From the NCBI GenBank assembly GCA_963663405.2, contig CAXXSM010000132.1:1-64000 (forward strand): a DNA stretch of 64,000 nt, read 5' to 3'. Every line of letters begins with the position of its first letter. The first letter of the stretch is position 1. The position numbers and the translations under genes are program-made. Below, piece after piece: positions 1 to 9,952 of this stretch. The notes beneath the pieces are model-generated. The model saw only the letters and a program-made list of their open reading frames with translations. It was not told the DNA's origin and made no database searches. This stretch comes from a bacterium. GTDB taxonomy: Bacteria; Hinthialibacterota; Hinthialibacteria; Hinthialibacterales; Hinthialibacteraceae.

Positions 1-2331
1 GCTGAAGAACAGGAATCGCAGCAGAACTAAAATCAGTATGACGAGAACGCCTACAACGGAATAGAAGATGTAGGGATTCGTACGGACAAAAATCCGGAGA
101 TCCACGGACGCGGGGCTAGGATCAATGTTCCCCGCTGCGTCGATCGCGCGAACTTCTACGATGTAACCCCAAGCGTAAAAGGGTAAGTTTTTATCCCAGA
201 TCCACTGGGAGCCCGAATTATGGTTGAACGAAATCCAATCGCCGTCGGCGATACGGTATTCATATTTCGATGGTGGTTCGTTTCGCGTTGAATCTGTCAA
301 AGGTGGATCGCTCGCTTCTAAACTCAATACGGCGAATTTCCCTGAATAGGTCTTAGTGAAAGACGCGCTTGTATCGGGGGGAGTGCGATCGACTTTCCAG
401 CGATGGGTGAATCGGGGAGTTTCGTCACCGGAAGCGTCGCGGCCCCAGATGACGATATCGTATTTGCCTTCCTCTAAATCCGTGAATTCCAAGTTGCTGA
501 TATCCTCACATTGCTGAGCGGCCGCCCCATTCAATGAATAGTAACAGGTCAGTTCAACCGGTTGACCTTTGTCGTCTTTGGAGGACATCGAGAATGAGAT
601 GGTCTTCGCATTTGTGTTCAGTTCAGGAGCGCTTTCCATGATCAATTCCAAGCCGACTTTGATAAGGACCGGGCATTCATCAGGAGTGGGATCTTCGTTG
701 CCTCGTGTATCGCGCATTTTGATACGGAGGATATGCCGTCCATTGGGTAAATCGGTGAATGTGTGATCCAGGCCCTTCACAAAGGGGCTCCAGGCGCCGT
801 CATCAATTTGGGCGGAATAGGTAAGTTCTGAAGCCGGGTCGGAATTGTCTTCGCCCGTAAAAACAACTGTGACATTACGGGTATTGAGTTCTTCATCCGG
901 CGCAGGCGCTTTAGTGATGGTTGTATTGGGGGCGGCTTTAAACGTATGGAATTCAAATTCCGAGAATGGGTCCTGGATATTTCCCGCCACATCTTCCGCC
1001 CGGAGACGGAATGTATATTCTCCATCCTTGGGGGTTTTGATCGTTGTGGTTGTCTCGGACTGTGGTTTTGACCATGAGTTGTCGCCGATTGCGAAGGAAT
1101 ATCGCAGGCGGTTGGTATCGGATATATTGTCGGCGCCTTTCCAGCTAAACGTGATCCGGCTTTCCACGACGCCGGGATTGACGGGTTGCGTCACTTGCGA
1201 TGTGGGTGGAACATTGTCGGTCCGGATATAAGCGAGCCAGCTTTCTTCCTGCTGCCCGGCTTCCCAGACAGTGTGGAATACGCCATCGGCATAAGCAAGC
1301 CGGGGAAGCGAGCGAACGTAATGCGCGGGGGAAAGTTCAACCAACTGGTTTGACGTCCCTTTACGGAAATTGACGGAGACCGGCTGGAAAGGTTTATAAT
1401 CGATGGCGATGGCGTTCCGTTCCCCATTGACGATCAATAGGTCGTACACCATATTGGGATCGAAATATTCACGATCCTGGAAATACGGCGACCACGATTG
1501 ACCCATGTCCTGGGTTTGGAACGACCGGATTTGTTCGTTTTCATTGACGGTCACATAAATATTGTTTTGAATCGGACCATAAATGGACAAGATGTATGGC
1601 AGCCGTTGGGAGAATAGATCCGCCGCCGCAATCGAGATGGCATGGGAAAACGATCCGGCGCTGGGATTGTATGTGGACGATTTTAACGAGGTGCGGACCT
1701 GCCGCCTTTGTTCCGCCACTGTCCCGGTTGTGATCTTCGTTGTATAAAGCTGTTCCATCGATTCCGGGGAATAATCCACACCGGTTTTCGCGCCCATCTT
1801 CCCCAACGTTTCCTTCAAAGGCGTCTCTATCCAAAATAGAATCGCTCTATTATTCACGTTGAGAAACCGGGGATAGAATGTGTCATCACCGGTAGGATTG
1901 ATGTGACGGGGTTTAGTCCAGGTTTTCCCCTCATCGTCGCTCTCGACTGCGACTAGTTGGTAGGCGGTTAGGTTCCGCACCTCCATTTTGGCTGACCAGA
2001 CGATAATCACTCTTGATCCAACGATCGTAATAGCGGGGGAGTGACAAACCCGGTATTCCGGACCCAATTCAACCGGTTCGCTCCATGTGGCGCCTCGATC
2101 GCGGGAGACGATCAGTTTCATCGTCTGTTGACGGTAGACGATATACACATTATCATCCTGCGCGGCTATGGCGGGATAAGCGACCCGGTTATCCAGGGTA
2201 TTGGCGCGGAGAAGGGTTTTTTCTTCACACCATCCTTTGGTCTGCCCAAACGCGGTTGGAGCGGAGAATACAAGCGGCAAAATAAAGAGAAGAGAGATTA
2301 TACACCATGAGCGATTTTGGAAACGTTTCAT
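1..2331 (-). CDS. Membrane-anchored secreted protein: BNR/Asp-box (sialidase-like) propeller plus several Ig/FN3-like domains; 3' end beyond window
   Basis: Translated by hand; open frame from ATG 2331 (GGAG upstream) to base 1. Signal peptide MKRFQNRSWCIISLLFILPLVFSAPTAFG; Asp-boxes SRDRGATW, SDDEGKTW, TQDMGQSW; repeated Ig-like ends (RAEDVAGN, RDTRGN, RAIDAAGN); hydrophobic helix VVGVLVILILVLL at the edge. Confidence 0.8.
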   Translation of the reverse strand, partial: MKRFQNRSWCIISLLFILPLVFSAPTAFGQTKGWCEEKTLLRANTLDNRVAYPAIAAQDDNVYIVYRQQTMKLIVSRDRGATWSEPVELGPEYRVCHSPAITIVGSRVIIVWSAKMEVRNLTAYQLVAVESDDEGKTWTKPRHINPTGDDTFYPRFLNVNNRAILFWIETPLKETLGKMGAKTGVDYSPESMEQLYTTKITTGTVAEQRRQVRTSLKSSTYNPSAGSFSHAISIAAADLFSQRLPYILSIYGPIQNNIYVTVNENEQIRSFQTQDMGQSWSPYFQDREYFDPNMVYDLLIVNGERNAIAIDYKPFQPVSVNFRKGTSNQLVELSPAHYVRSLPRLAYADGVFHTVWEAGQQEESWLAYIRTDNVPPTSQVTQPVNPGVVESRITFSWKGADNISDTNRLRYSFAIGDNSWSKPQSETTTTIKTPKDGEYTFRLRAEDVAGNIQDPFSEFEFHTFKAAPNTTITKAPAPDEELNTRNVTVVFTGEDNSDPASELTYSAQIDDGAWSPFVKGLDHTFTDLPNGRHILRIKMRDTRGNEDPTPDECPVLIKVGLELIMESAPELNTNAKTISFSMSSKDDKGQPVELTCYYSLNGAAAQQCEDISNLEFTDLEEGKYDIVIWGRDASGDETPRFTHRWKVDRTPPDTSASFTKTYSGKFAVLSLEASDPPLTDSTRNEPPSKYEYRIADGDWISFNHNSGSQWIWDKNLPFYAWGYIVEVRAIDAAGNIDPSPASVDLRIFVRTNPYIFYSVVGVLVILILVLLRFLFFS

Positions 2332-2702
2332 TCATTTACTCCATTTCACTGGAAACTGTCTATAGTACACGGCGCCAAATAGAATTCGGCTAAACAAATT
2401 AAATTATGTATATAGAATCCCTATCAACACCGGTATTTTTGAATTATGTTTCGTTTGACTTTTTCCCATTTCGCTGTAATTACAAATCATGATAGTCAAT
2501 ATCATATCAGTTACAGAAGGGAAACGATTTCCACCAGACGAAACAGATGTCTATTTTTGTATTAAAGTCATCCTGCACGAATTTTGTAAAGTCAGTAATT
2601 CAGGTATCTCCTCTGGGCCGTTTCGTCCTTGCTGGGTCCTTCTGTTTATTCAAATCCAACCGTGAAAGGATAGCAGGACTTGCGAGAGAATGGAAAGGGG
2701 AT

Positions 2703-2723
2703 AAAAAAAGGAACCGTTGTTCC
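2703..2723 (-). terminator. Possible intrinsic terminator downstream of holA
   Basis: Minus strand GGAAC-AACG-GTTCC followed by T7; short stem. Confidence 0.4.
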
Positions 2724-2875
2724 ACCCGGTGGGGCGGCGTCCAGTATTGAACAAGGAAATCACGGATCGTTGGGCCTGAAAATAAATGAATACTAAATAC
2801 ACGAATCTCTTACCATTCCGTTCACCGCGTTACATTCGGACGTATACTCAAGTATAGTGCAATTTGATGGAATTG

Positions 2876-3898
2876 TCAGCTCATGGAGTCCTTGGCCGCG
2901 GCGCCGCATAAATCCATAATCGCCCGTTCCAGCGCAAAATTGATATCCAGTTTATTTCCTTTGATGTCTTCATCGGCCTGCTGAAGGCGGGAGACACCGT
3001 CCCGGAGGGCTTCGATTGTGAAGCGTTTACTCTCTCTCATTTTGAGATCCAATCCCCATCCACGCATTCCTGTTCGCTTTTCCCATTCCGAGGGGGGAAC
3101 TTTTTCGGTGGTGAGGGCTTTGCATTGCAATAAATCGCGAAAGAGTTTCGAAAGCTGTCCGACAATTTCCTGCGGCGCTTTACCGAGTTCAATCGATTGA
3201 CCCAACGCGAGCAACGCCTTTTCCGCATCTTTCGCGGCGACGGAATTGGAGACCGCCCAGATATCTTCTTCAATCTCTTTTTGGATTAAGAGACGACAGT
3301 CTTCAATCGTGACCGTCTGGCCTTCTTTCGCCCATAAAAGCAATTTCTGCGTTTCACGCTGGGCGGCTTCCGCGTTATCTCCACAGCATTCCAAGATGTA
3401 TTCAAACGCGTTGTTTTTCAGTGTTACGTTTTGTTGCTCACACCGGCGGAGAATCGCTTTACGAATCTCGGCGGGAGTGGTTTTTTTTAGCTCGGCGATT
3501 CGCTTTTTCCCCAGCGCGGTTTCGATGGGTTTAGGGATATCGCTTTTGGCTTCACAGAACATGATTAAGGGAGTGGAGCCTCTCGGTTTATTGATAAAAT
3601 CGGCGAGTGAGCTGAATGGGTCCGTTTTTTTCTTCCGGCTATTCGTGGTGGATTGGGCGCTTTTTGCGCGGGCCGGTTTTTTGATTCGTTTAATGACGAC
3701 AATTTTATTTGAGGAGAAAAGGGAGAGCGATAGCAGTTCTTCTATTGCTTGGGGTATTTCCCCCGCGCCGGCGTCGAAATCCTTTCGCTCGATTTCTTCA
3801 TCCCCGAATTGTTCTTTGCGGATTTTCTGGATGACACGTTCCATTTGAAGCGTGTCTCCACCATGATAGAGGATAATAGGTTGTTTTTCGGGAGCCAT
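2876..3898 (-). CDS. holA: DNA polymerase III delta subunit
   Basis: ~340 aa; LSLFSSNKIVVIK, ETQKLLLW, IWAVSNSV and C-terminal ADEDIKG...ALERAI pattern; directly downstream of lptE as is typical. Confidence 0.9.
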   Translation of the reverse strand: MAPEKQPIILYHGGDTLQMERVIQKIRKEQFGDEEIERKDFDAGAGEIPQAIEELLSLSLFSSNKIVVIKRIKKPARAKSAQSTTNSRKKKTDPFSSLADFINKPRGSTPLIMFCEAKSDIPKPIETALGKKRIAELKKTTPAEIRKAILRRCEQQNVTLKNNAFEYILECCGDNAEAAQRETQKLLLWAKEGQTVTIEDCRLLIQKEIEEDIWAVSNSVAAKDAEKALLALGQSIELGKAPQEIVGQLSKLFRDLLQCKALTTEKVPPSEWEKRTGMRGWGLDLKMRESKRFTIEALRDGVSRLQQADEDIKGNKLDINFALERAIMDLCGAAAKDSMS

Positions 3899-3949
3899 TA
3901 AAACCAATCGATCGCGTCATCCAACCAGAACGCGCATTCAATAACGGAA

Positions 3950-4459
3950 TTACCAATCTTCCAGCAGGGCGCTTAATACCGCTTCCGAAAGAGACGCGAC
4001 GACGTCGCGGCCACGGCTATCGCTGATTTCATTGCTGAGGATGAAGACGCCGGTATTGCTGAATGGACGGTCTTTAAAGATCGGTTCGCCGCTGGCGGTA
4101 TCGAGCGCGTCGACAAGGATTTCTATATTCATATTGTATCCCACCGCCCGGTCGATATCCGTGTAGGCGAAGGGGAAGACGTCGACTTTGGAGATCCGCG
4201 TTCTTAATTCGATATCGGCGGCGGATTTCCCCACCACGCGCAGGCGTCCATCTCGCTGGAACGCGGTGATCATGCCATGCGTCAATTTTTCTCCCAATCC
4301 GGTTTCCGTCGTCTCATTTTTGACCGTAGGGATATGTATCGTCTGGTAATTCTCACTCAACGTCCGGGGCGAATGCGCGCTGCAGGAGAGCAGCGTGAGA
4401 GCGATCGGCAGAATAGCGGCCCAGAGAAACAGTGAATTGAAATGGATGAGTTTTTTCAT
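3950..4459 (-). CDS. lptE: LPS assembly lipoprotein LptE family
   Basis: Lipobox LLSC; TIHIPTVKNET...LGEKLT pattern; 169 aa; lptE-holA synteny. Confidence 0.75.
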   Translation of the reverse strand: MKKLIHFNSLFLWAAILPIALTLLSCSAHSPRTLSENYQTIHIPTVKNETTETGLGEKLTHGMITAFQRDGRLRVVGKSAADIELRTRISKVDVFPFAYTDIDRAVGYNMNIEILVDALDTASGEPIFKDRPFSNTGVFILSNEISDSRGRDVVASLSEAVLSALLEDW

Positions 4460-4644
4460 AATGTATCTGGAACTGGATCCTAGTCGTTAACGGTAAACGG
4501 ATTCCCGTTGGGATTCCATTCCTTCCGGCGCCTCGTGCGGCGTCTTCGATAGTGTAGTGTGATTTCGATTTTTTGGAATAGCCGGTCATCCCTATTGAGA
4601 GAACGGAGATTCTATTACGAATGAATAATGGATTCTCTCTACGA

Positions 4645-6897
4645 TTAAAAATCCCCAACCACATCAACCTTCCATTCTTTATCGAATAATCCGCCCCAGG
4701 CGGGTTTTCCATCGTTGGAAAAAACAATGAAATCCCCTGAGCTTCCCCCCTCCAGATCCCGGCTGGCCGAGGAGTTGGCGCGCAGCGCTTTCAAACCTTC
4801 GCGTGTTGCGGCGGTGTAAATCGCTATGTACCGTTTAGGATTTTCGGGATTGGGGTAGATTATCGAGAGCGCTTGATTGGGTTTAATGATCCGTCCGGCG
4901 AATTCGATTTCTTCTCCATTTACTTGAAATGGAAGTTGGTTGAGATGCTTTTGCAAATAGGCCGATCCGTGGATGGTTGAATATAAGATAATATTGTATT
5001 GATCTTGTAACGGCGCGAGATCCTCTTCCGGAAGCAGAGCCCATCGCTCGTCCGCGATAGACGCGGGCATAGAATGAATCATCGCCAATTGTCTGCACTC
5101 AGCGGTTTCCTCTTCCGAACCGGCGGTTCCATACGAAAAGACCTGCCGTGACAGGCGGGCTTCATGAATCCCCGCGTTTCCCGGCAGTAAGGGGGGCGTA
5201 TAATCGCCGCCGCCTTTTTCCCATTTTCCATTTTGATGGATGAAATGCAGTTCCTTCCCCGTTTGGGAGCCTTCTAAAACGGCGCCTCCATCAATAACGA
5301 CTCGCAGCGGATCGCCGTTCGGTATCCATTTTTCAGGAACAGATACGCTGAGCCGCGCGGTGTTCTCTGTTTTGATGGAGACGGTATTCTCATCAATCTC
5401 CGCATTGACCTGGGCGAATTGACGGATGCGTTCGGGTTCCTGAATGGCGATCCAATACGCGCCGCCGCCATAGGGGGAGCCTGTTTTAAAGATCACTTTT
5501 TTAGGCGCGGGATCGCGTTTAAATTGAGCGAACCAATCAAAAATCCGCGCGTTCTCATACGCGGGTACCCAGGCGGCGTGATCGACGCCTGGATACATCT
5601 CCAATTCGGTGTTGTATCCCAGTTCTTTCAAACGGGCGTGCAACGCCACGGAGCCTTTCGGGGGAACGACGGGATCCGCGTCGCCGTGCATGATTTTGAC
5701 GGGTACGTGCAGAAGGTTTTCCGCGACATCATGTGTGGATGACATGGATTCCAAACGGCGCTGGAAATCGGGGATTTTCTCATCTTCCGAACGCCATAAT
5801 CCAGGCGAGAAAAATCCACACACCGGCGCGGCTGCGGCAAAGCGGTCTGGATGGCGGAATCCAATTTTTGATGTGCCCGCGCCTCCCATGGAGAGGCCTG
5901 TAACATAAACCCGGTCCGGATCGACGTTGAAGAGAAGATTCATTTCATCCATCACCCGCCAGACATCCTTTTCGGCGAAACCTTCATACGACATGGTTTC
6001 ATAGCCGTTGGGCGCCACGATCAGATAGGGCACATCCGGCAGTGGGGGCATGAATTGTTTGGCGTCGGGATCGTTTTCACCTCGCCGGTTCGAGTGTCCC
6101 AAGACACGCCGCAGGGCCAAGTGATGATTCGACCAGGCGCCATGCAGCATCAGAACCAATGGCCAGGCTTTTTCCGCATCGTACGCTTTTGGCTTATAGA
6201 CAGAATAGAGCTGCATCTCACCGTTCTCTTCCGACCGGTAGCCGCGCAGCTGATAGCCGTTTGTATCTGTGAGTGGATCTTTTTTATTCTCGATCGCCTG
6301 CGCCGCTTTTCGCAAGGCGGTCAGCCGGCGTAGTAATTCCATGACGTGATTGCCGTTCGCGGTTTTCATTCGTTCCAAGAGGTCTTCCGCGTAGGCTAAA
6401 CCCGCCCATATGTTTCTGAGTTCCTTTGAATTAGGCGCGGCGTTTCTCTCCATCGCTTCGATCCGGCCGATGTAATGAAGGACCTGATCGTAGAAATCCG
6501 GTAACAGAACGATCGATTCCTCCGCCACGGGAATCCACCGGCCGTGCCGGTCCGCTTCGAGAATGACGCGCATTCTTCCTTTGAGCGATCCGGGAACGCG
6601 GATCCCTTTTGTGACGAACGATTCCGAAATCTGGAGAATTTCCTGAACCTGAAGGTCTCCTTCCGGGGTTGTGACGGAAAGGCGCAAGGTTGTTAACAAG
6701 GGTTCATAAACCTGCGCGGTGACAGAAAACGAGCGGCCTTCCGTGAGCACGGCGGGCTGAACGCTTAATAACGCGGTTTTTCGATGAATCTTCGCGCCTT
6801 GCGCAAAAACAATTTGTTCCATGACGATACCTAAAAGAACAGCGAGAATAAGTGAAACGCGGATACGGTTGAACGTGGACTGGCTCACGTGTTTCAT
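4645..6897 (-). CDS. Secreted alpha/beta-hydrolase (S9/esterase-like) with extra N- and C-terminal domains
   Basis: Signal peptide; PLVLMLHG, nucleophile GLSMGG, HGDADPVV, DHAAW. Confidence 0.8.
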   Translation of the reverse strand: MKHVSQSTFNRIRVSLILAVLLGIVMEQIVFAQGAKIHRKTALLSVQPAVLTEGRSFSVTAQVYEPLLTTLRLSVTTPEGDLQVQEILQISESFVTKGIRVPGSLKGRMRVILEADRHGRWIPVAEESIVLLPDFYDQVLHYIGRIEAMERNAAPNSKELRNIWAGLAYAEDLLERMKTANGNHVMELLRRLTALRKAAQAIENKKDPLTDTNGYQLRGYRSEENGEMQLYSVYKPKAYDAEKAWPLVLMLHGAWSNHHLALRRVLGHSNRRGENDPDAKQFMPPLPDVPYLIVAPNGYETMSYEGFAEKDVWRVMDEMNLLFNVDPDRVYVTGLSMGGAGTSKIGFRHPDRFAAAAPVCGFFSPGLWRSEDEKIPDFQRRLESMSSTHDVAENLLHVPVKIMHGDADPVVPPKGSVALHARLKELGYNTELEMYPGVDHAAWVPAYENARIFDWFAQFKRDPAPKKVIFKTGSPYGGGAYWIAIQEPERIRQFAQVNAEIDENTVSIKTENTARLSVSVPEKWIPNGDPLRVVIDGGAVLEGSQTGKELHFIHQNGKWEKGGGDYTPPLLPGNAGIHEARLSRQVFSYGTAGSEEETAECRQLAMIHSMPASIADERWALLPEEDLAPLQDQYNIILYSTIHGSAYLQKHLNQLPFQVNGEEIEFAGRIIKPNQALSIIYPNPENPKRYIAIYTAATREGLKALRANSSASRDLEGGSSGDFIVFSNDGKPAWGGLFDKEWKVDVVGDF

Positions 6898-7004
6898 CTT
6901 TCTATACCTTCTGTTTTATTATAGTTGGCGGCGGCGGAAATGAGTTCCCACCGAACGCGCCACCGTTTTTTCTCTTTGAATCGTTGTGTGGATTTCTGTT
7001 AGTA

Positions 7005-8144
7005 TTAAAAATCAAAATACGCGCTTATGCCGACATAGTCCCCATCTTCCTGTATGAACGGCCATTGTAAATTATTTCCATTGTAATATTCGAGAAGCAA
7101 CCGGAGGGTGCGGTTACGAAACGGCCAATCGGAGATCTCGATGCCCGCGGCGTAGCGTTGAAAGACTTGCCATTCGGATTCCTTCGTCTGCCGCAGGTGA
7201 ATCCCGGCGATAGGGTGTACGGTCCATTTTTTCCAAGGGGTGAATTCTAGGCCATAGATGAATTCCCAGGGTTCGGTGTTGCGTTTCGTGTCAAATAGAT
7301 AGACGCTCCCCCAATAGACGCGCCACCAGGGTTGTTCGTAAGAGAGGGTCAGATCGATCAAATTATCATCGAGCGGCCTAACTCCAAGATTCGGATCAAA
7401 TAGGATGCCGGGGTTCCGGGCCAGGTAATCGTCTCCATAATGCGAACTGCGATGCATGAAGCGAAGCCGTGAGGAAAAATCATGGTAACGGTAAATAACG
7501 GGTGTCCCCACTTGAAAATCGACGTTCATCAAATCCGAACTTCTCACGTCCAGATCGAAATAGGCGAAGACGGCCGCTTCCAAGTCGATTTGGATTTGAT
7601 GCCCTTCCGCAAAGACATCATTCCAGCGGTAGAAACCAAAGACCTCACCGAAACTGACCGCCGCGATACCGCGCTCTTCTTCCAGATCGTATCGATAGGC
7701 GGCGGAGAATCTCGATTCGAGAGGATCGGCCATCAGTGGGGTGAAAAGATCGTTTGCGGGGAACGCGCCGCTGTAATCTTCAGCGTTCCGGTTAATCACC
7801 TTTTGTTCCTTGGTTGGTTCTTTTGGCAGGGCGCTTACTATTTCCTCTTCCCATTCCACCTGTTCGATTCCTTGGATTTGCAACAGCCGTTCCGTTATCT
7901 TGGTTCGTAATTGCTTGTCTTCTGGAACGTTTCGCAAATAGACGGTTCCCTGCCGGACTTCGATCTCCACGGAAGGCATATCATACGAGGTCTCGATCAA
8001 CGCGGTGACATAGCCTTCAAGAAATTCACCGCTTCGCTCCGCGCCGGCGCTTTCTACAATCGGCGCGGTGGTAAAAAGGCAGAGGAGAAAAGCTACTTGA
8101 GTATAGAAGAAGAGATTCTTTTGTAATGCGAAATTCCAGATCAT
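7005..8144 (-). CDS. DUF1207-like protein with N-terminal BON-like domain; probable outer-membrane beta-barrel
   Basis: Signal peptide; FTPLMADP, HRSSHYGDD; C-terminal ISAYFDF resembles a beta-signal. Confidence 0.65.
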   Translation of the reverse strand: MIWNFALQKNLFFYTQVAFLLCLFTTAPIVESAGAERSGEFLEGYVTALIETSYDMPSVEIEVRQGTVYLRNVPEDKQLRTKITERLLQIQGIEQVEWEEEIVSALPKEPTKEQKVINRNAEDYSGAFPANDLFTPLMADPLESRFSAAYRYDLEEERGIAAVSFGEVFGFYRWNDVFAEGHQIQIDLEAAVFAYFDLDVRSSDLMNVDFQVGTPVIYRYHDFSSRLRFMHRSSHYGDDYLARNPGILFDPNLGVRPLDDNLIDLTLSYEQPWWRVYWGSVYLFDTKRNTEPWEFIYGLEFTPWKKWTVHPIAGIHLRQTKESEWQVFQRYAAGIEISDWPFRNRTLRLLLEYYNGNNLQWPFIQEDGDYVGISAYFDF

Positions 8145-8200
8145 CGCATGGTTTCCTTTTCCTGCAGCAGCTTACTACAACAGCTTTATACAACAGCGTA

Positions 8201-9952
8201 TTAACGCAGTTCAATTTGCTTTTCTATCAATCCACCCTTGACCGAGTCCACGAGTATAGACGCGGGGCCATTTCCTTTTGCGAAAAACTGTACGCGGACC
8301 GAGTCTTCGCCACGGATTGTAACCAACTGTAAACGGTGAGGCCGTGTGTTGATGGGATCGACATGGTTGAAATACTTATCCATCACGAATCCGGCGCTTA
8401 AGACATTCACATTTTCCCCTTTCAGAATCAGGAGGTCGGGAGTGGAAATATTGTGTTTTAAATCCTGCTCCGTTCGTGTGGGAATCATCCCGTTGTTGCG
8501 CACTTCGACTCCGATTTTGTATAAATCATCATTCATTTTTTCAATGAGAATTTCACCAAATTCGAGGTTCGGCATCGATTCCGCATGATAGAGTGTGAAA
8601 GCCATATTGCGGTGGCATTCTTCTTCTAACAGGAAGGAGGGAGGCACGCGCATGATCTCTTTGGAGACACCGCCGATCTCAATCATTCCATACGTAGGGT
8701 GATCAAATTCTTTCCACTTGGTCACGCCTTGGTCTTGAAGCAGGTAGCGTATAAATTCAGCGCGGTCTGTTTCCCCTCTGGCCTCCGATCGATACATGTT
8801 TTGCATTGTCCAAAGTTCATTCGTAAAAGTAAGAATGCCGCGTCCTCCGTAAAACCAATCAATTTCCCCTCCCCAAACCGTGTAGAGGTCGTCCCAAAGT
8901 AACAAAGAGCGGTAGAAGGGTATCATCCGCTCTCCTTTTTGAGCGATGTTTTGCAATATGCGATCGTCGGAATAATGGGCTTCACCGCCTTTCCTGCCAG
9001 GCCCGCGAAGGATCATCCCGCCGGCGTTGTGGTATGATTGAGCGGCGGCGATGTTAGGATGCGCCAGGACGAATTGAGCGACCGCGCGGGAATTCGGCAG
9101 CGAGAAGGGGAAATCGTTCGCCCCGTATTGAATATAATTGGGCTGCCAGTCGTATCCCCAGTTTCGGTTGGAATCGTATCCGCCGGGACCGTCTTCATTG
9201 ATTTCTCCATCGCCATCGTTGTCGACGCCTTCTGAGCCGAGGAGGGTATATTCGCCCCGCTCATCGGAAGGTACGCGGATCATGAGGTATTCCGGATAGT
9301 CTGGATTCGGTTTCCAACGGCCATTGGGATCTTTGATCCGCATCATGGTGATCGAGCCGTCTCCGTCTAGATCATCGTATCCGTCTTCATCAATGAGACC
9401 GTCGCGATCGTTATCCAGCGGCTTTTTTCCGGACCGGGAACTATGGGCTGTATTGGCGGCATGAAACCAGTAATCCCGCCCATCAGGATTGATGGTGGGA
9501 ATCAGGTAAAAGACTTTTTCATCTAAGAGAGTCGTGATTCGTTCATTCTTTCCGTAGGATTCACAGAGATACCATGCCGTATAAGCGACCACTTCTCCCG
9601 CTTGGACTTCGTTGCCGTGAATGTTGCCGTCGATATACATGCCCGGTTTGCGGTCGGGATCGCCGCAATTCCGGTTTGTCACTTCGAGACACCAGATTTC
9701 TCGTTCTTCATACGACTGTCCTATGGAGTAAAGGCGCGTTAAATCCGGATGCGCGGTGGCGAGTTTTTTAAGAAGATCCGCCATCCCTGCGCAATCGTGA
9801 AAGCGGTTCCATGAGACATCGACTTTCCGTTCGGCGGGCGCGCCCAAGGCTCGATAGAACTGCGTTTCCGTATCCTTCGTTATCCCCTGTGGAACGAGGA
9901 GGCCGCATCCAAAAATGACTGTGAATAGTGTTTTCAATATGTTCCCTCTCAT
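8201..9952 (-). CDS. M14 zinc carboxypeptidase family protein, catalytic residues intact
   Basis: IHGNE zinc motif, NPDG, NRN, SYHN, FTNELW; DxDGD repeats; signal peptide. Confidence 0.85.
   Translation of the reverse strand: MRGNILKTLFTVIFGCGLLVPQGITKDTETQFYRALGAPAERKVDVSWNRFHDCAGMADLLKKLATAHPDLTRLYSIGQSYEEREIWCLEVTNRNCGDPDRKPGMYIDGNIHGNEVQAGEVVAYTAWYLCESYGKNERITTLLDEKVFYLIPTINPDGRDYWFHAANTAHSSRSGKKPLDNDRDGLIDEDGYDDLDGDGSITMMRIKDPNGRWKPNPDYPEYLMIRVPSDERGEYTLLGSEGVDNDGDGEINEDGPGGYDSNRNWGYDWQPNYIQYGANDFPFSLPNSRAVAQFVLAHPNIAAAQSYHNAGGMILRGPGRKGGEAHYSDDRILQNIAQKGERMIPFYRSLLLWDDLYTVWGGEIDWFYGGRGILTFTNELWTMQNMYRSEARGETDRAEFIRYLLQDQGVTKWKEFDHPTYGMIEIGGVSKEIMRVPPSFLLEEECHRNMAFTLYHAESMPNLEFGEILIEKMNDDLYKIGVEVRNNGMIPTRTEQDLKHNISTPDLLILKGENVNVLSAGFVMDKYFNHVDPINTRPHRLQLVTIRGEDSVRVQFFAKGNGPASILVDSVKGGLIEKQIELR

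Noticed and set aside
569-2310. Several short ORFs listed in the track
   Set aside because: All overlap the long minus-strand frame 1..2331.
2513-2645. Hammerhead ribozyme (GACGAAAC)
   Set aside because: No CUGANGA core and no stem II on either strand.
2843-2856. HspR HAIR half-site ACTCAAG / palindrome TATACTCAAGTATA
   Set aside because: Second half-site missing and not near a heat-shock gene.
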